Positions 29,714 to 38,126 of a stretch of DNA of 64,000 bases are shown one piece after another (the stretch's first letter is position 1; the number at the start of each line of letters is the position of its first letter). Source of the stretch: a bacterium (GTDB lineage Bacteria > Patescibacteriota > CPR2 > UBA1875 > CAIMLA01). Where the stretch lies: the NCBI GenBank assembly GCA_037129835.1, contig JBAXUE010000001.1:26085-90084 (forward strand), read 5' to 3'. The position numbers were made by a program, and so were the translations under genes. A model generated the notes under the pieces. The model ran no database searches and had not been told where the DNA came from. It saw nothing but the letters and a program-made list of their open reading frames with translations.

Positions 29714-30365
29714 CATAGCCTGACTTCCTGCTTGATTAATCTTGCAGGGAGTTGGGTTGTTCCATTCTCAATTGCGATTAGTAAGCTGAATATATCTTAT
29801 CTGATATAGACAGCTTACTGGCTGTAAAGTCAGTACCATACCGCCCCAGCGGAAAGCTATCCTCAGTAATGAGAAGAGTGAATAGTGAAATATGAAGGCG
29901 ACTAAAAATCGTATTCATATTTCACTATTCACAATGGGGCCCCACACTACAAGGGGAGAGGGGGGATCCTAACAGAAGGAGTCGCTAGCCAAATAGTCTA
30001 GTATCCGACTCTAGAAGTTAGGGCGCAACCAAGTGTAGTCGTCGTTAGCAGTATTGCGACGTAAAATATTCTTCTGCAAATGCCCCCGACGGGGCACAAG
30101 CGGTTTTTACACCACCGCTTAATCAAAAAGTGTAGCGTGGTACGCTACCACGATAAATACATGCTAAGCCCAGCGTTCCTGATTTGGGGGCGCTTGGCCT
30201 TTCCTTGTCACCAGCAAAGCGTTTCCATATATTGTTCGAGATTTGTCGAGAACTACAGTTCATGAATAAATAAGAAACTTTATAAGGGGATACCTTGCTG
30301 CTAACAAGCAGAAGGAAAGCAGGCCAAAATAGCCTGTGATTACGATTCACCATGGAGAGGTGGTG
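29714..30365 (+). ncRNA. Candidate large structured non-coding RNA domain
   Basis: No credible ORF; consecutive hairpins including a 19-bp perfect stem 29878-29896/29914-29932 and G-U-rich stems at 29716-29759 and 29772-29827. Confidence 0.5.
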
Positions 30366-30372
30366 TAGGGAG

Positions 30373-30591
30373 ATGGAACGACTTAGGGATCAGATCTTGA
30401 TCGTGATGATAGGAGTGTATTTCCTCATTGTGATCACTCTGATCGCTAGCGCGGCCGTATTTGTAGCCCAGCTGATGCTGGGGGCAGGTATCTCGATCTT
30501 CTTGATCGTACCGGCCTGTATTTTGACCGGCCTCATGGCGACGGTAATTTTCGTCGCCCTGGTGGTCCTGGTTGATCATATCCACAGTTAG
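30373..30591 (+). CDS. 72-aa very hydrophobic two-TM peptide
   Basis: Purine-rich leader; almost entirely hydrophobic; alternative ATG at 30352. Confidence 0.7.
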   Translation: MERLRDQILIVMIGVYFLIVITLIASAAVFVAQLMLGAGISIFLIVPACILTGLMATVIFVALVVLVDHIHS

Positions 30592-30636
30592 GACAGTGGT
30601 CAACCACACGATCAACCTCTGGAAGGAGGTGAACAA

Positions 30637-30819
30637 ATGCCGCTTTGGTTCCATATTGGGGGGGTCATTCTCCTCGAGTTGGCGATCATCGGTATCCCGA
30701 GCATGTTGTTTGGGATGTCGATGGCGCAGGGAAATCGCAATGAACAGATCCTCATTGGATCTCTCGTCGTGATTGGGGCGCTTCTGTCCCCGTTTGTTTT
30801 TGCCATTATGATGGCTTAG
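30637..30819 (+). CDS. 60-aa two-TM peptide
   Basis: SD AAGGAGGTGA. Confidence 0.75.
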   Translation: MPLWFHIGGVILLELAIIGIPSMLFGMSMAQGNRNEQILIGSLVVIGALLSPFVFAIMMA

Positions 30820-30960
30820 GCGAACGCGCCCTGAGGGCTGGTAACTCCCAGCCATTGGCAACAAAGGAGAGGCATGGACAATAGTCCTAGTTCTCTCAGA
30901 GTGCCAGCGAAACAACGCTGGAATCGTGAGGTGTGCACTCATGAGAAACAAATAATTATT

Positions 30961-31002
30961 GAGGGCCCAAGTACCGTTGTGAAACGGGATGCGGGCCTTT
31001 TC
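30961..31002 (+). terminator. Probable terminal hairpin of the island transcript
   Basis: GAGGGCCC...GGGCCTTTTC; composition returns to AT-rich afterwards. Confidence 0.5.
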
Positions 31003-31174
31003 GCTTATTAGAAGTATAGAGTATTTTGGATAGTATTGTTTTGAAGATCAAATTTAATGAAACCCGATACCTACAACGTAGTTATGGTTCAACTTGTTGA
31101 AGAAATTCAAAATAGAACAGGCTAAAGTTGATACCTCGCCAGCGTTATCACAAGTTTTTTTGTGCTTGAATACA

Positions 31175-31203
31175 TTGACAAATAAGTATAAATACGTTAA
31201 AAT
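31175..31203 (+). promoter_or_regulatory. Sigma70 promoter of the GGDEF gene
   Basis: TTGACA-N17-TAAAAT. Confidence 0.6.
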
Positions 31204-31296
31204 AAATAATTGTTTTGGGTATAAAAATCTGGATATTCTCTAGATTTGTGTTCCCAATACAGGGAACAAGTATGCCTCGGAAGGAGGCTGATAGTT

Positions 31297-31965
31297 GTGT
31301 TTGGTGACACAAACTTGGTAGTCGACGGAACTCTTGTACTGGTAGTCATCTTTAGCTTGGTCGCCATAGCTTTTTCACACCGACGTAGTTATCTTTTGAA
31401 GGCAGAAGTTACCAGGTTGGCAACGGAGGTCTTGCGGATAGGGGCAGACAGAGACAATCATCAAGAGCTGTCTTTGATCGATCCACTAACCGAGGTGGCA
31501 AACAGAAGAGCGATTGGCCTGTATTTGCAGTATGACATGGAGCGCATGTCACGCTATCCTGGGGAATATTCGCTCATGTTTGTAGATATTGATCGCTTCA
31601 AAGCAGTCAATGATACTCGTGGGCATGCTCTCGGGGATGAGATCCTTCTGGCAGTCGCCAAGTCTCTCGAGCTCACCTTTCGCGAAAGTGATACGGTGGG
31701 GCGTTACGGCGGCGATGAATTTGTTGTATTGCTGCCAAATGCAGATCTGTTCGCTTCTAAGGCAAGAGCTGAAGACGCACTAAAAGCAGTTCGCGACATC
31801 GGCGAGGTTTATGACCTCGATATATCCCTGTCTATAGGCATAGTGACTGTGATAGGTGGTCAAGAGATTACTCTCAAAGCACTGTTAGACGCTGCAGACA
31901 AGGGCCTATATTGTGCCAAGAACAAAGGAGGCAACTGCTGGTCGAGAGGATTTGTAGAACTCTAA
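31297..31965 (+). CDS. Membrane-anchored diguanylate cyclase (GGDEF)
   Basis: DPLT..NRR, DIDRFKAVND, RESD I-site, RYGGDEF; GTG start after AAGGAGG. Confidence 0.9.
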   Translation: MFGDTNLVVDGTLVLVVIFSLVAIAFSHRRSYLLKAEVTRLATEVLRIGADRDNHQELSLIDPLTEVANRRAIGLYLQYDMERMSRYPGEYSLMFVDIDRFKAVNDTRGHALGDEILLAVAKSLELTFRESDTVGRYGGDEFVVLLPNADLFASKARAEDALKAVRDIGEVYDLDISLSIGIVTVIGGQEITLKALLDAADKGLYCAKNKGGNCWSRGFVEL

Positions 31966-32038
31966 GGGCGAGGAACGTTTGTAACAGCGAAAGCTAATGC
32001 AAACGGGCTTCGCCCTTTTGCATTACAAAATATAAAAA

Positions 32039-33079
32039 TTAAGTCTCGCTTAGTTCGACAATTTTGATGTATTTAATAAGATATACTACCCAGATCACGA
32101 TTAGAACAGCAGAATTCAATTCATAAAAAGTAATAGTAAAGTAATTAACAACGTCATAAAGCACATATAGAGCGACACCAATTGAGAAAAATAAGTAAGA
32201 AATAATATAAAAGCTTCTCTTAAACTTGTTCATGATAAGCTTGGAAAATAGCATAGTTAGTCCGATAACAAGAAAAACCATATTCCCAGCATATATATGT
32301 ATTTGGCTTAGAATCGGTTGATGACCATACGGAATTAGACCTACGATTATGATTAATAAAATAGAAAACTGATAGATTGCTGTTAAAACTTTTAGTCTTA
32401 TTTTGGTAAGCTTATGTCTAATAACAAGCTCTTTAAATAGTGGGACAAGATAAAATCCCATAAGTGATAGTAGTAAACCGGCGAGAACTATAGATGTGTT
32501 ATAAATCCAAAAAGCTCCTTGGTATCCCTTGCCCATTCCAAGAGCGCAGAGTGAACCGGCCCACCAGTGACTATCGCGACTATAGATAGCCGAAATAATA
32601 AAACCCGAAAGAGTAACGGTTAGCAGAAGTATTGATAATTTTTTTGCTTCAAAGTGGAATATTTCAATAGAGAGTACATAAGCCAATATGGCCGAAACTG
32701 CAGATAATAGAATGGTTGCACTGGCTATGTCTGGCGCCAAATCTCTGAAAACTCTTGTAGAAATATCCACCCCAAAGTACCCCATCGTGGCAAACAAAAA
32801 AGCGAATGATAGGCCCAGAATAGGGATGAATATAAACCATTTATCAGTATCAATTGTTTTTGTTTTCTGACATTTTAACCAATAAGATGTAGTTATTGTT
32901 ATGACACAAACCGCAGGAAGACAGAGTGACACCAGATTTCTGATTTCTTGGAATCTTGTTGACGGGAAAAATGAAAAATATATACTAAAGAAAATTACCA
33001 AAGCGCCAAAAATTAATATAGCTATGGATAGCGCTCTTTTTTCGTAATACATGAGTAGACTGCTTGATTTTGTTTCCAT
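32039..33079 (-). CDS. Polytopic membrane protein (DUF998-like C-terminal half)
   Basis: About 9-10 TM segments; TATAAT-N6-ATG. Confidence 0.7.
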   Translation of the reverse strand: METKSSSLLMYYEKRALSIAILIFGALVIFFSIYFSFFPSTRFQEIRNLVSLCLPAVCVITITTSYWLKCQKTKTIDTDKWFIFIPILGLSFAFLFATMGYFGVDISTRVFRDLAPDIASATILLSAVSAILAYVLSIEIFHFEAKKLSILLLTVTLSGFIISAIYSRDSHWWAGSLCALGMGKGYQGAFWIYNTSIVLAGLLLSLMGFYLVPLFKELVIRHKLTKIRLKVLTAIYQFSILLIIIVGLIPYGHQPILSQIHIYAGNMVFLVIGLTMLFSKLIMNKFKRSFYIISYLFFSIGVALYVLYDVVNYFTITFYELNSAVLIVIWVVYLIKYIKIVELSET

Positions 33080-33186
33080 AAAAGTATTATATAGCCAAGT
33101 TAAAACAACGGCTATACGATTTTTTACATTGACTAGAGCTAGTTACGATTCTATAATTTGATTAGTACTAAAATAAAGGTAGGCAA

Positions 33187-33690
33187 ATGACTCCATCCTG
33201 GGATCTATTCATTATTCTTTTCTTTGTTATCATGGGTATCTATGGTTTCCTTTTGGGTCGAGGCCGTGTACTCAATATCTTGATAGATTGCTATGTCGGA
33301 TTGGCAGTTTCTACTGCTGTCGGAGGCTTTGCTTTTGAATACTTAAGCAAAATCACTGAAATATCTCATAGTTTCAACGTGACCATGTTTGGCGCAAAAG
33401 TTTTTGTTTTTGTGGCAGTAGTTTTTATACTTATTATGAACAAAGAGCTTTCTGGCTCTAGTGATGATGCACTCTCTAGCTCGATATATACAGGGATTTA
33501 TGGAGTTCTTACGGCTGGTCTCATTCTTTATAGCGTTTTTTCTTTTATGGGAGATATTCAAAGAGTCGATCTCTTCGCCTCCAGTAGTCTCGCAGTACAA
33601 GTTTATAGATACCAAATAGTTTGGTTAGTAGCGCCGATAGCGGTGGTACTAGTAAGTACAATACTAAATCGAAAGTCTTCTAAGAAATAA
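33187..33690 (+). CDS. CvpA-like membrane protein
   Basis: WDLFIILFF...YGFLLGRG N-terminus; 4-5 TM. Confidence 0.6.
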   Translation: MTPSWDLFIILFFVIMGIYGFLLGRGRVLNILIDCYVGLAVSTAVGGFAFEYLSKITEISHSFNVTMFGAKVFVFVAVVFILIMNKELSGSSDDALSSSIYTGIYGVLTAGLILYSVFSFMGDIQRVDLFASSSLAVQVYRYQIVWLVAPIAVVLVSTILNRKSSKK

Positions 33691-33714
33691 AAAATAACTA
33701 TTCTAGGTGGTGTT

Positions 33715-34581
33715 ATGAATGATCAACAAGATAACTTTGGGAAAGAGCCTTCGCCAGAATTACTAAGGGCTGAAGTTGTGCCTCCAGGTGAAAACCAAGA
33801 AACACCCGAAGATTTGAAATCTGGTGGAGAAAATATCGCCGAAAATAGTAGTGATAATAAGGAATCAGAAATATCTTCTCTTCAAGAAGAGATTCGAGAG
33901 CTAGCCGAGAAATCAAATTCATTGAACGAGCGAATTCTTCGAATTGAAACAGATAAAAAAAATACTTCTGAGCAGATTAACGAGTTGCGTTCTGGTTTGG
34001 GCCTATCGGCAGACAAAGAATTATCAGAGAGCGATAGTGATGAAGAAAGGCTAAAAAGCCTAATCGATTTAAAAGAGATTCTTAGAGACAAAAAAGATAA
34101 ATTATTAGAAGAGCACGGTAATGAAGCAGTGCCAGAGGGAGTTGTAATAGAGAGCGGCGACAATAGTCTTGAAGTCAAGACGTCTATTGCCGAAAGCGAA
34201 GTACCTCCAGATCAATCAGCAGAACAAGAAACAGAGAACAGAAAAAAACTTTTTGAGCGTGGCAAAGAAAACGTTGTTAGAGAGTATGAAAAATATTTAA
34301 GGTCTGATTGGTCAACAAAAGGCGCCATAAATCTTGAAGCCGCTATTTCATTAATGAAAGAAAGAGCCCCCGAGGCTATGGACAAAATGGCGGAAGAATA
34401 TTTGAGCGGTAAAGAGGACGGCAAACTCTGCAAGGAAATATTTATCAAATGGGACACTACACCATGGAGTGAAAGATTTTCTGGTAAGCCAAATGAAATT
34501 AAAAATATGAAAATCAAATTCGATGAAGAAGAAGTTCCAATTACGGCGAGAGACGAAGCCATTGGGACAGATGATAATTAA
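33715..34581 (+). CDS. Acidic coiled-coil hypothetical protein, paralog A
   Basis: Shares PEGxVIE, AINLExA and KPNxI motifs with 34682-35623. Confidence 0.75.
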   Translation: MNDQQDNFGKEPSPELLRAEVVPPGENQETPEDLKSGGENIAENSSDNKESEISSLQEEIRELAEKSNSLNERILRIETDKKNTSEQINELRSGLGLSADKELSESDSDEERLKSLIDLKEILRDKKDKLLEEHGNEAVPEGVVIESGDNSLEVKTSIAESEVPPDQSAEQETENRKKLFERGKENVVREYEKYLRSDWSTKGAINLEAAISLMKERAPEAMDKMAEEYLSGKEDGKLCKEIFIKWDTTPWSERFSGKPNEIKNMKIKFDEEEVPITARDEAIGTDDN

Positions 34582-34603
34582 TTTAAACATAATTTAAAAC
34601 AAA

Positions 34604-34627
34604 AAAAACCGCCTATAGGCGGTTTTT
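34604..34627. terminator. Bidirectional intrinsic terminator
   Basis: AAAAACCGCC-tata-GGCGGTTTTT. Confidence 0.7.
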
Positions 34628-34681
34628 CAATTGCATGTTATGAATTTATAAGCTATCTTTTATTAAAATGAAAGGAAAAAT

Positions 34682-35623
34682 ATGTTAAACGGTAGAGAAG
34701 GAAATGCAAGTATTGAGAAAACAGATAAGACAGTTGAGCCTGCAGAAAAAAATGAATCTGATGTAGTGCCAGAATCTAATTCAGACAAAGATACTGAGGT
34801 AGGGGGAAATGCTAATGGCGAGAAAGAGGCTACACCTCAGCAAGAAATAATAACAGTGCAGAACGATATTGACAGAATAGAACAGCGGATATTACTTCTA
34901 AGGAAAAGCGACGCAGAAACTCAGCGTCAAAAGGACGAGCAATATAGAAACCTAGGCATAGAATCAGAAACAACCACTGCAAAAGGGAATGATGCCGCCG
35001 TTGAGTTATTGGAAGAACAAAAGCTACTCCTGACTGAACATAGAGCCAAGTGGCTAGAAGACTTTGGGATAGAAAAAATACCTGAAGGATTGGTTATAGA
35101 AACAAAAAACGGACATTTCGAAACACGGATTAACCCGTTAGATATAGCAGAAGAAATCTCGGAAGTAGAATCGTCTAAAAATAAAGAAAAAAAAGAAAAG
35201 GAAGCCCTTGTGGAAAGGAAGCAAATTTTAGAAAATTGGAAAGCTAGAGCGATAAAAAAATTCCAAGCCTTTCTTGAAAGTTCTTGGCAGTCTGTTGATG
35301 CGATTAATCTAGAGCTAGCTGTTCACATTTTGGGTATAAAAATACCCAAAGCAATCGATAAAATAGGAGAGGGCTTTGCAAAAGGAGAGGTAGACGATCT
35401 GCCCTCAAATATCTGGTTTAGTTTTAGCGCAAACTCATTTATAGATAGATTGTTAGATAAGCCAAACCAGATACGTGGCATGGAGCTAACTTTTGATAAA
35501 GAAAAAATAAATATGGCAGGAGAAACAGAACTAGTTACAAAGGAAGAAAAGGAAATACAAAAAGATGATAATGAGCAAGATGAGGGTGACTTAACACCTC
35601 AAGAAGCAACTTCGGAGAATTAA
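34682..35623 (+). CDS. Acidic coiled-coil hypothetical protein, paralog B
   Basis: SD AAAGGA; motifs shared with the upstream gene. Confidence 0.75.
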   Translation: MLNGREGNASIEKTDKTVEPAEKNESDVVPESNSDKDTEVGGNANGEKEATPQQEIITVQNDIDRIEQRILLLRKSDAETQRQKDEQYRNLGIESETTTAKGNDAAVELLEEQKLLLTEHRAKWLEDFGIEKIPEGLVIETKNGHFETRINPLDIAEEISEVESSKNKEKKEKEALVERKQILENWKARAIKKFQAFLESSWQSVDAINLELAVHILGIKIPKAIDKIGEGFAKGEVDDLPSNIWFSFSANSFIDRLLDKPNQIRGMELTFDKEKINMAGETELVTKEEKEIQKDDNEQDEGDLTPQEATSEN

Positions 35624-35640
35624 ATATACTATTCAATAAA

Positions 35641-35679
35641 CAAATATCGCTTTCCAAAAAAATTGGAAAGCGATATTTG
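35641..35679. terminator. 17-bp perfect hairpin abutting the tRNA 3-prime end
   Basis: CAAATATCGCTTTCCAA-N5-TTGGAAAGCGATATTTG. Confidence 0.65.
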
Positions 35680-35752
35680 GTGGCTGCGGGTGGATTTGAA
35701 CCACCGACCAACAGCTTATGAGTCTGCTGCTCTACCCCTGAGCTACGCAGCC
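35678..35752 (-). tRNA. tRNA with CAT anticodon, probably elongator Met (Ile2 not excluded)
   Basis: GGCTGCGTAGCTCAG...CTCATAA...GGTTCAAATCC...GCAGCCACCA. Confidence 0.9.
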
Positions 35753-35778
35753 GCGAATTATCCGAGAGAGATTTTATT

Positions 35779-35854
35779 TGGTGGGCCCGGTGCGACTCGA
35801 ACGCACGACCATTTGCTTAAAAGGCAATTGCTCTACCAACTGAGCTACAGGCCC
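35779..35854 (-). tRNA. tRNA-Lys(TTT)
   Basis: GGGCCTGTAGCTCAGTTGG...CTTTTAA...GTTCGAGTC...GGGCCCACCA. Confidence 0.95.
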
Positions 35855-36027
35855 GCGGATATCTAGGGGTATAAATCTCAAAATTTTCTCAGAATCAAAG
35901 CCGAGCGGCTTTTTACCACAACCAGACGATATTTTGCTAAGTGAGAAAACTTTGAAACATGAGTATTATAACGAAATTTGTGCTCTTGGTCAATGTAAAT
36001 CTAGCATTAGTTTGTTATAATATAAAC

Positions 36028-36381
36028 ATGAAAAAAAATAGATTACTACTCAGTCTACTTATTATCGGGGGTGTTTTGTGTATACTTTATGCCGTCGGTA
36101 ATACCGTTTATGAAAATTATCAAATTCAGCAAGGAATATTAGGTTTAAAAAACGATATTACTAATATGGCTCAAGCGAATAAGGACTTGTCGGCGGAGAT
36201 TCTTTACTATCAGAGCCCTTCGTATCAGGAAAGGATAGCCAGAGAAAAGTTGAATTTACAGAAGCCCGGAGAGAAAGTTATCGTTATCTTACCTGAAGCT
36301 AAAGCGAAGGTGGTTAAAGAAGATCCATACGTAAAGCTTACAAATCCGCAAAAATGGTGGTTATTCTTCTTTAAAGTGTAG
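36028..36381 (+). CDS. Septum formation initiator (FtsB/DivIC-like)
   Basis: TM plus coiled coil plus ERIAREKLNLQKPGEKV; TATAAT-N6-ATG at 36028. Confidence 0.85.
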   Translation: MKKNRLLLSLLIIGGVLCILYAVGNTVYENYQIQQGILGLKNDITNMAQANKDLSAEILYYQSPSYQERIAREKLNLQKPGEKVIVILPEAKAKVVKEDPYVKLTNPQKWWLFFFKV

Positions 36382-36439
36382 TTACTATGATATAACTTAT
36401 ATTCTTTTCCATTTTCTCTTGAAAGAAAATGGAGTTAAG

Positions 36440-36497
36440 TTCACCCTGTGAAATCTCACTACATGAGATTGCTATAAGCAATATTTCACGGGGTGAA
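36440..36497. repeat. Miniature palindromic element (REP/MITE-like)
   Basis: TTCACCCTGTGAAAT...ATTTCACGGGGTGAA enclosing two small hairpins. Confidence 0.55.
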
Positions 36498-36611
36498 AGA
36501 AAAATCGAACTCCCTCTGCTCGGCTCGTAATTTTGTAGCCAATAATTACTCGACCTCGTAGATAGTCGGGTACGCGGTACCGAAGCGATTTTTCGTAAGG
36601 TTTCCCGTTTT

Positions 36612-36759
36612 CCTCTGCGGCTTGGATAAGATATAGCGAATAATTTATGAACGCGATTTAAAGGATAATTTTGTCTGAACTAGTAGAATACCAGTGAGTT
36701 AATTTTCTTTAAACAGAGTGAATAAAGAAATGACACTATATCTTATCCACGAGCAGGAG
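36612..36759. ncRNA. Long irregular hairpin, candidate 6S-like RNA
   Basis: 14-bp perfect stem 36623-36636/36736-36749, internal loops, second stem TTTAAAGGA/TTCTTTAAA. Confidence 0.35.
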
Positions 36760-36875
36760 CTTTTGGCCACTTTGGCGATATAAAAGTGGATAATCCCATA
36801 ATATTTAAATATAAATATATAAGTATTATAGTTGACTTTAAGCACAAAATATGCTAATATTTACCCTGTTAATAA

Positions 36876-36950
36876 CGCGGGGTAGAGCAGTGGCAGCTCG
36901 TCGGGCTCATAACCCGGAGGTCGTAGGTTCGAATCCTACCCCCGCTACCA
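36876..36950 (+). tRNA. Initiator tRNA-fMet(CAT)
   Basis: C1:A72 mismatch, GGG/CCC anticodon stem, CCA end. Confidence 0.96.
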
Positions 36951-36990
36951 AAAATGAGTTTCTCACTCGCTGAGAAACTCATTTTTGTTT
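36950..36990 (+). terminator. Intrinsic terminator after tRNA-fMet
   Basis: AAAAATGAGTTTCTCA-N5-TGAGAAACTCATTTTT plus T-run. Confidence 0.8.
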
Positions 36991-37033
36991 TGTACAAAGC
37001 ACTATGTACTGTATATTAATTAGGGGAGTATAA

Positions 37034-37621
37034 ATGATAAACGCAAATTTTGTATTATTCGGGGCTTTATTAAATCTAATTGGCAGTAGCAGCTACGCGA
37101 TCGATACATTTAGAGGCAAAACAAAGCCGAATAGGGTTACTTGGTTCTTGTGGGCGCTCGCTCCGATGATTGCATTCTCGGCACAGATTAGCGGGGGAAT
37201 AGGGATAAGGTCATTAATGACATTTATGGTAGGCTTTGGACCGGCTATAGTGTTTATTGCTTCATTTATGAATAAAAAAGCATATTGGAAGATTAGTAAA
37301 CTCGACATTGCTTGTGGTGTATTATCTGTACTGGCACTTATCTTATGGTATCTGACAAAGAATGCAGCCGTTGCAATTCTTTTGAGCATACTTGCCGATG
37401 CACTCGCCGGTGTCCCAACAATTATTAAGGCCTACAAAGAGCCAGAAACAGAGAGTTATAATGTATTCTTTTTTGGTGCAATAAGCGCTGCAATAACTCT
37501 CCTTACTATCGAAATCTGGACTTTCGAAGTAGCGGCATTTCCAGTTTACATATTCGCAATCTGCTCACTATTATTCGTATTAATATTTCGAAAACAGGGG
37601 ATACAGCTAGTCAAAAAATAA
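37034..37621 (+). CDS. Multi-TM membrane protein
   Basis: KTKPNRVTWFLW and PTIIKAYKEPETES; SD GGGGAG. Confidence 0.75.
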   Translation: MINANFVLFGALLNLIGSSSYAIDTFRGKTKPNRVTWFLWALAPMIAFSAQISGGIGIRSLMTFMVGFGPAIVFIASFMNKKAYWKISKLDIACGVLSVLALILWYLTKNAAVAILLSILADALAGVPTIIKAYKEPETESYNVFFFGAISAAITLLTIEIWTFEVAAFPVYIFAICSLLFVLIFRKQGIQLVKK

Positions 37622-37770
37622 CATTATCTTTATATATAGCTTTTTTTGTTTACTTATGGTATAGTATATGTGGCTAAAATTTTAGGAACAGCACAAGGTC
37701 AAATCCCCAACTGCACTAAGTCGAAGCCCCACTCTGGATAGAGAATCTTTTAGAAAGGAGACCTCGACTA

Positions 37771-38046
37771 ATGAGTTTTGAAGACAAAACCCTTAAATGT
37801 GTAGATTGTGGCGATGATTTCGCTTTCACAGCACGTGAGCAAGAGTTCTACGCAGAAAAAGGCTTTGAAAATGAGCCAAAGCGTTGCGCTGATTGCAGAC
37901 GTAAGTTCAAAGAAGCTAAAAGCGAAAGAAAGAGCTTTGAAGTAGTTTGTGCCGATTGTGGCGCGAACACTACAGTTCCTTTTGAGCCTAAAAGTGATCG
38001 TCCTGTATATTGCAGAGATTGCTATGCAAAACATCCAAAAGCTTAA
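37771..38046 (+). CDS. Zinc-ribbon / CxxC-x17-CxxC protein
   Basis: CVDC...EQEFY...PKRCADC and CADC...VPFEP...PVYCRDC. Confidence 0.9.
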   Translation: MSFEDKTLKCVDCGDDFAFTAREQEFYAEKGFENEPKRCADCRRKFKEAKSERKSFEVVCADCGANTTVPFEPKSDRPVYCRDCYAKHPKA

Positions 38047-38057
38047 TTGCTAATGTA

Positions 38058-38090
38058 AAAAGACCCCACCTTTTATAGTGGGGTCTTTTG
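38058..38090 (+). terminator. Intrinsic terminator
   Basis: AAAAGACCCCAC...GTGGGGTCTTTT. Confidence 0.75.
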
Positions 38091-38126
38091 TGTTATAATT
38101 AATTTAATTTTAAAAAAGGAGATAGT

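Noticed and set aside
30080-30353. Short ORFs 30080-30265 (+) and 30123-30353 (-)
   Set aside because: No SD or leaderless promoter and no recognisable protein features; they overlap dense hairpins
30340-30951. 203-aa minus-strand ORF in the island
   Set aside because: Antisense to two SD-led hydrophobic ORFs; composition fits a shadow frame
27259-31002. Intact prophage, IS, retron or DGR
   Set aside because: No structural, integrase, transposase or reverse transcriptase gene and no att repeats seen
36623-36749. Group I intron (AAGATATAG resembles the S element)
   Set aside because: No P, Q or R elements in the right order and no interrupted host gene; the motif is part of a simple stem
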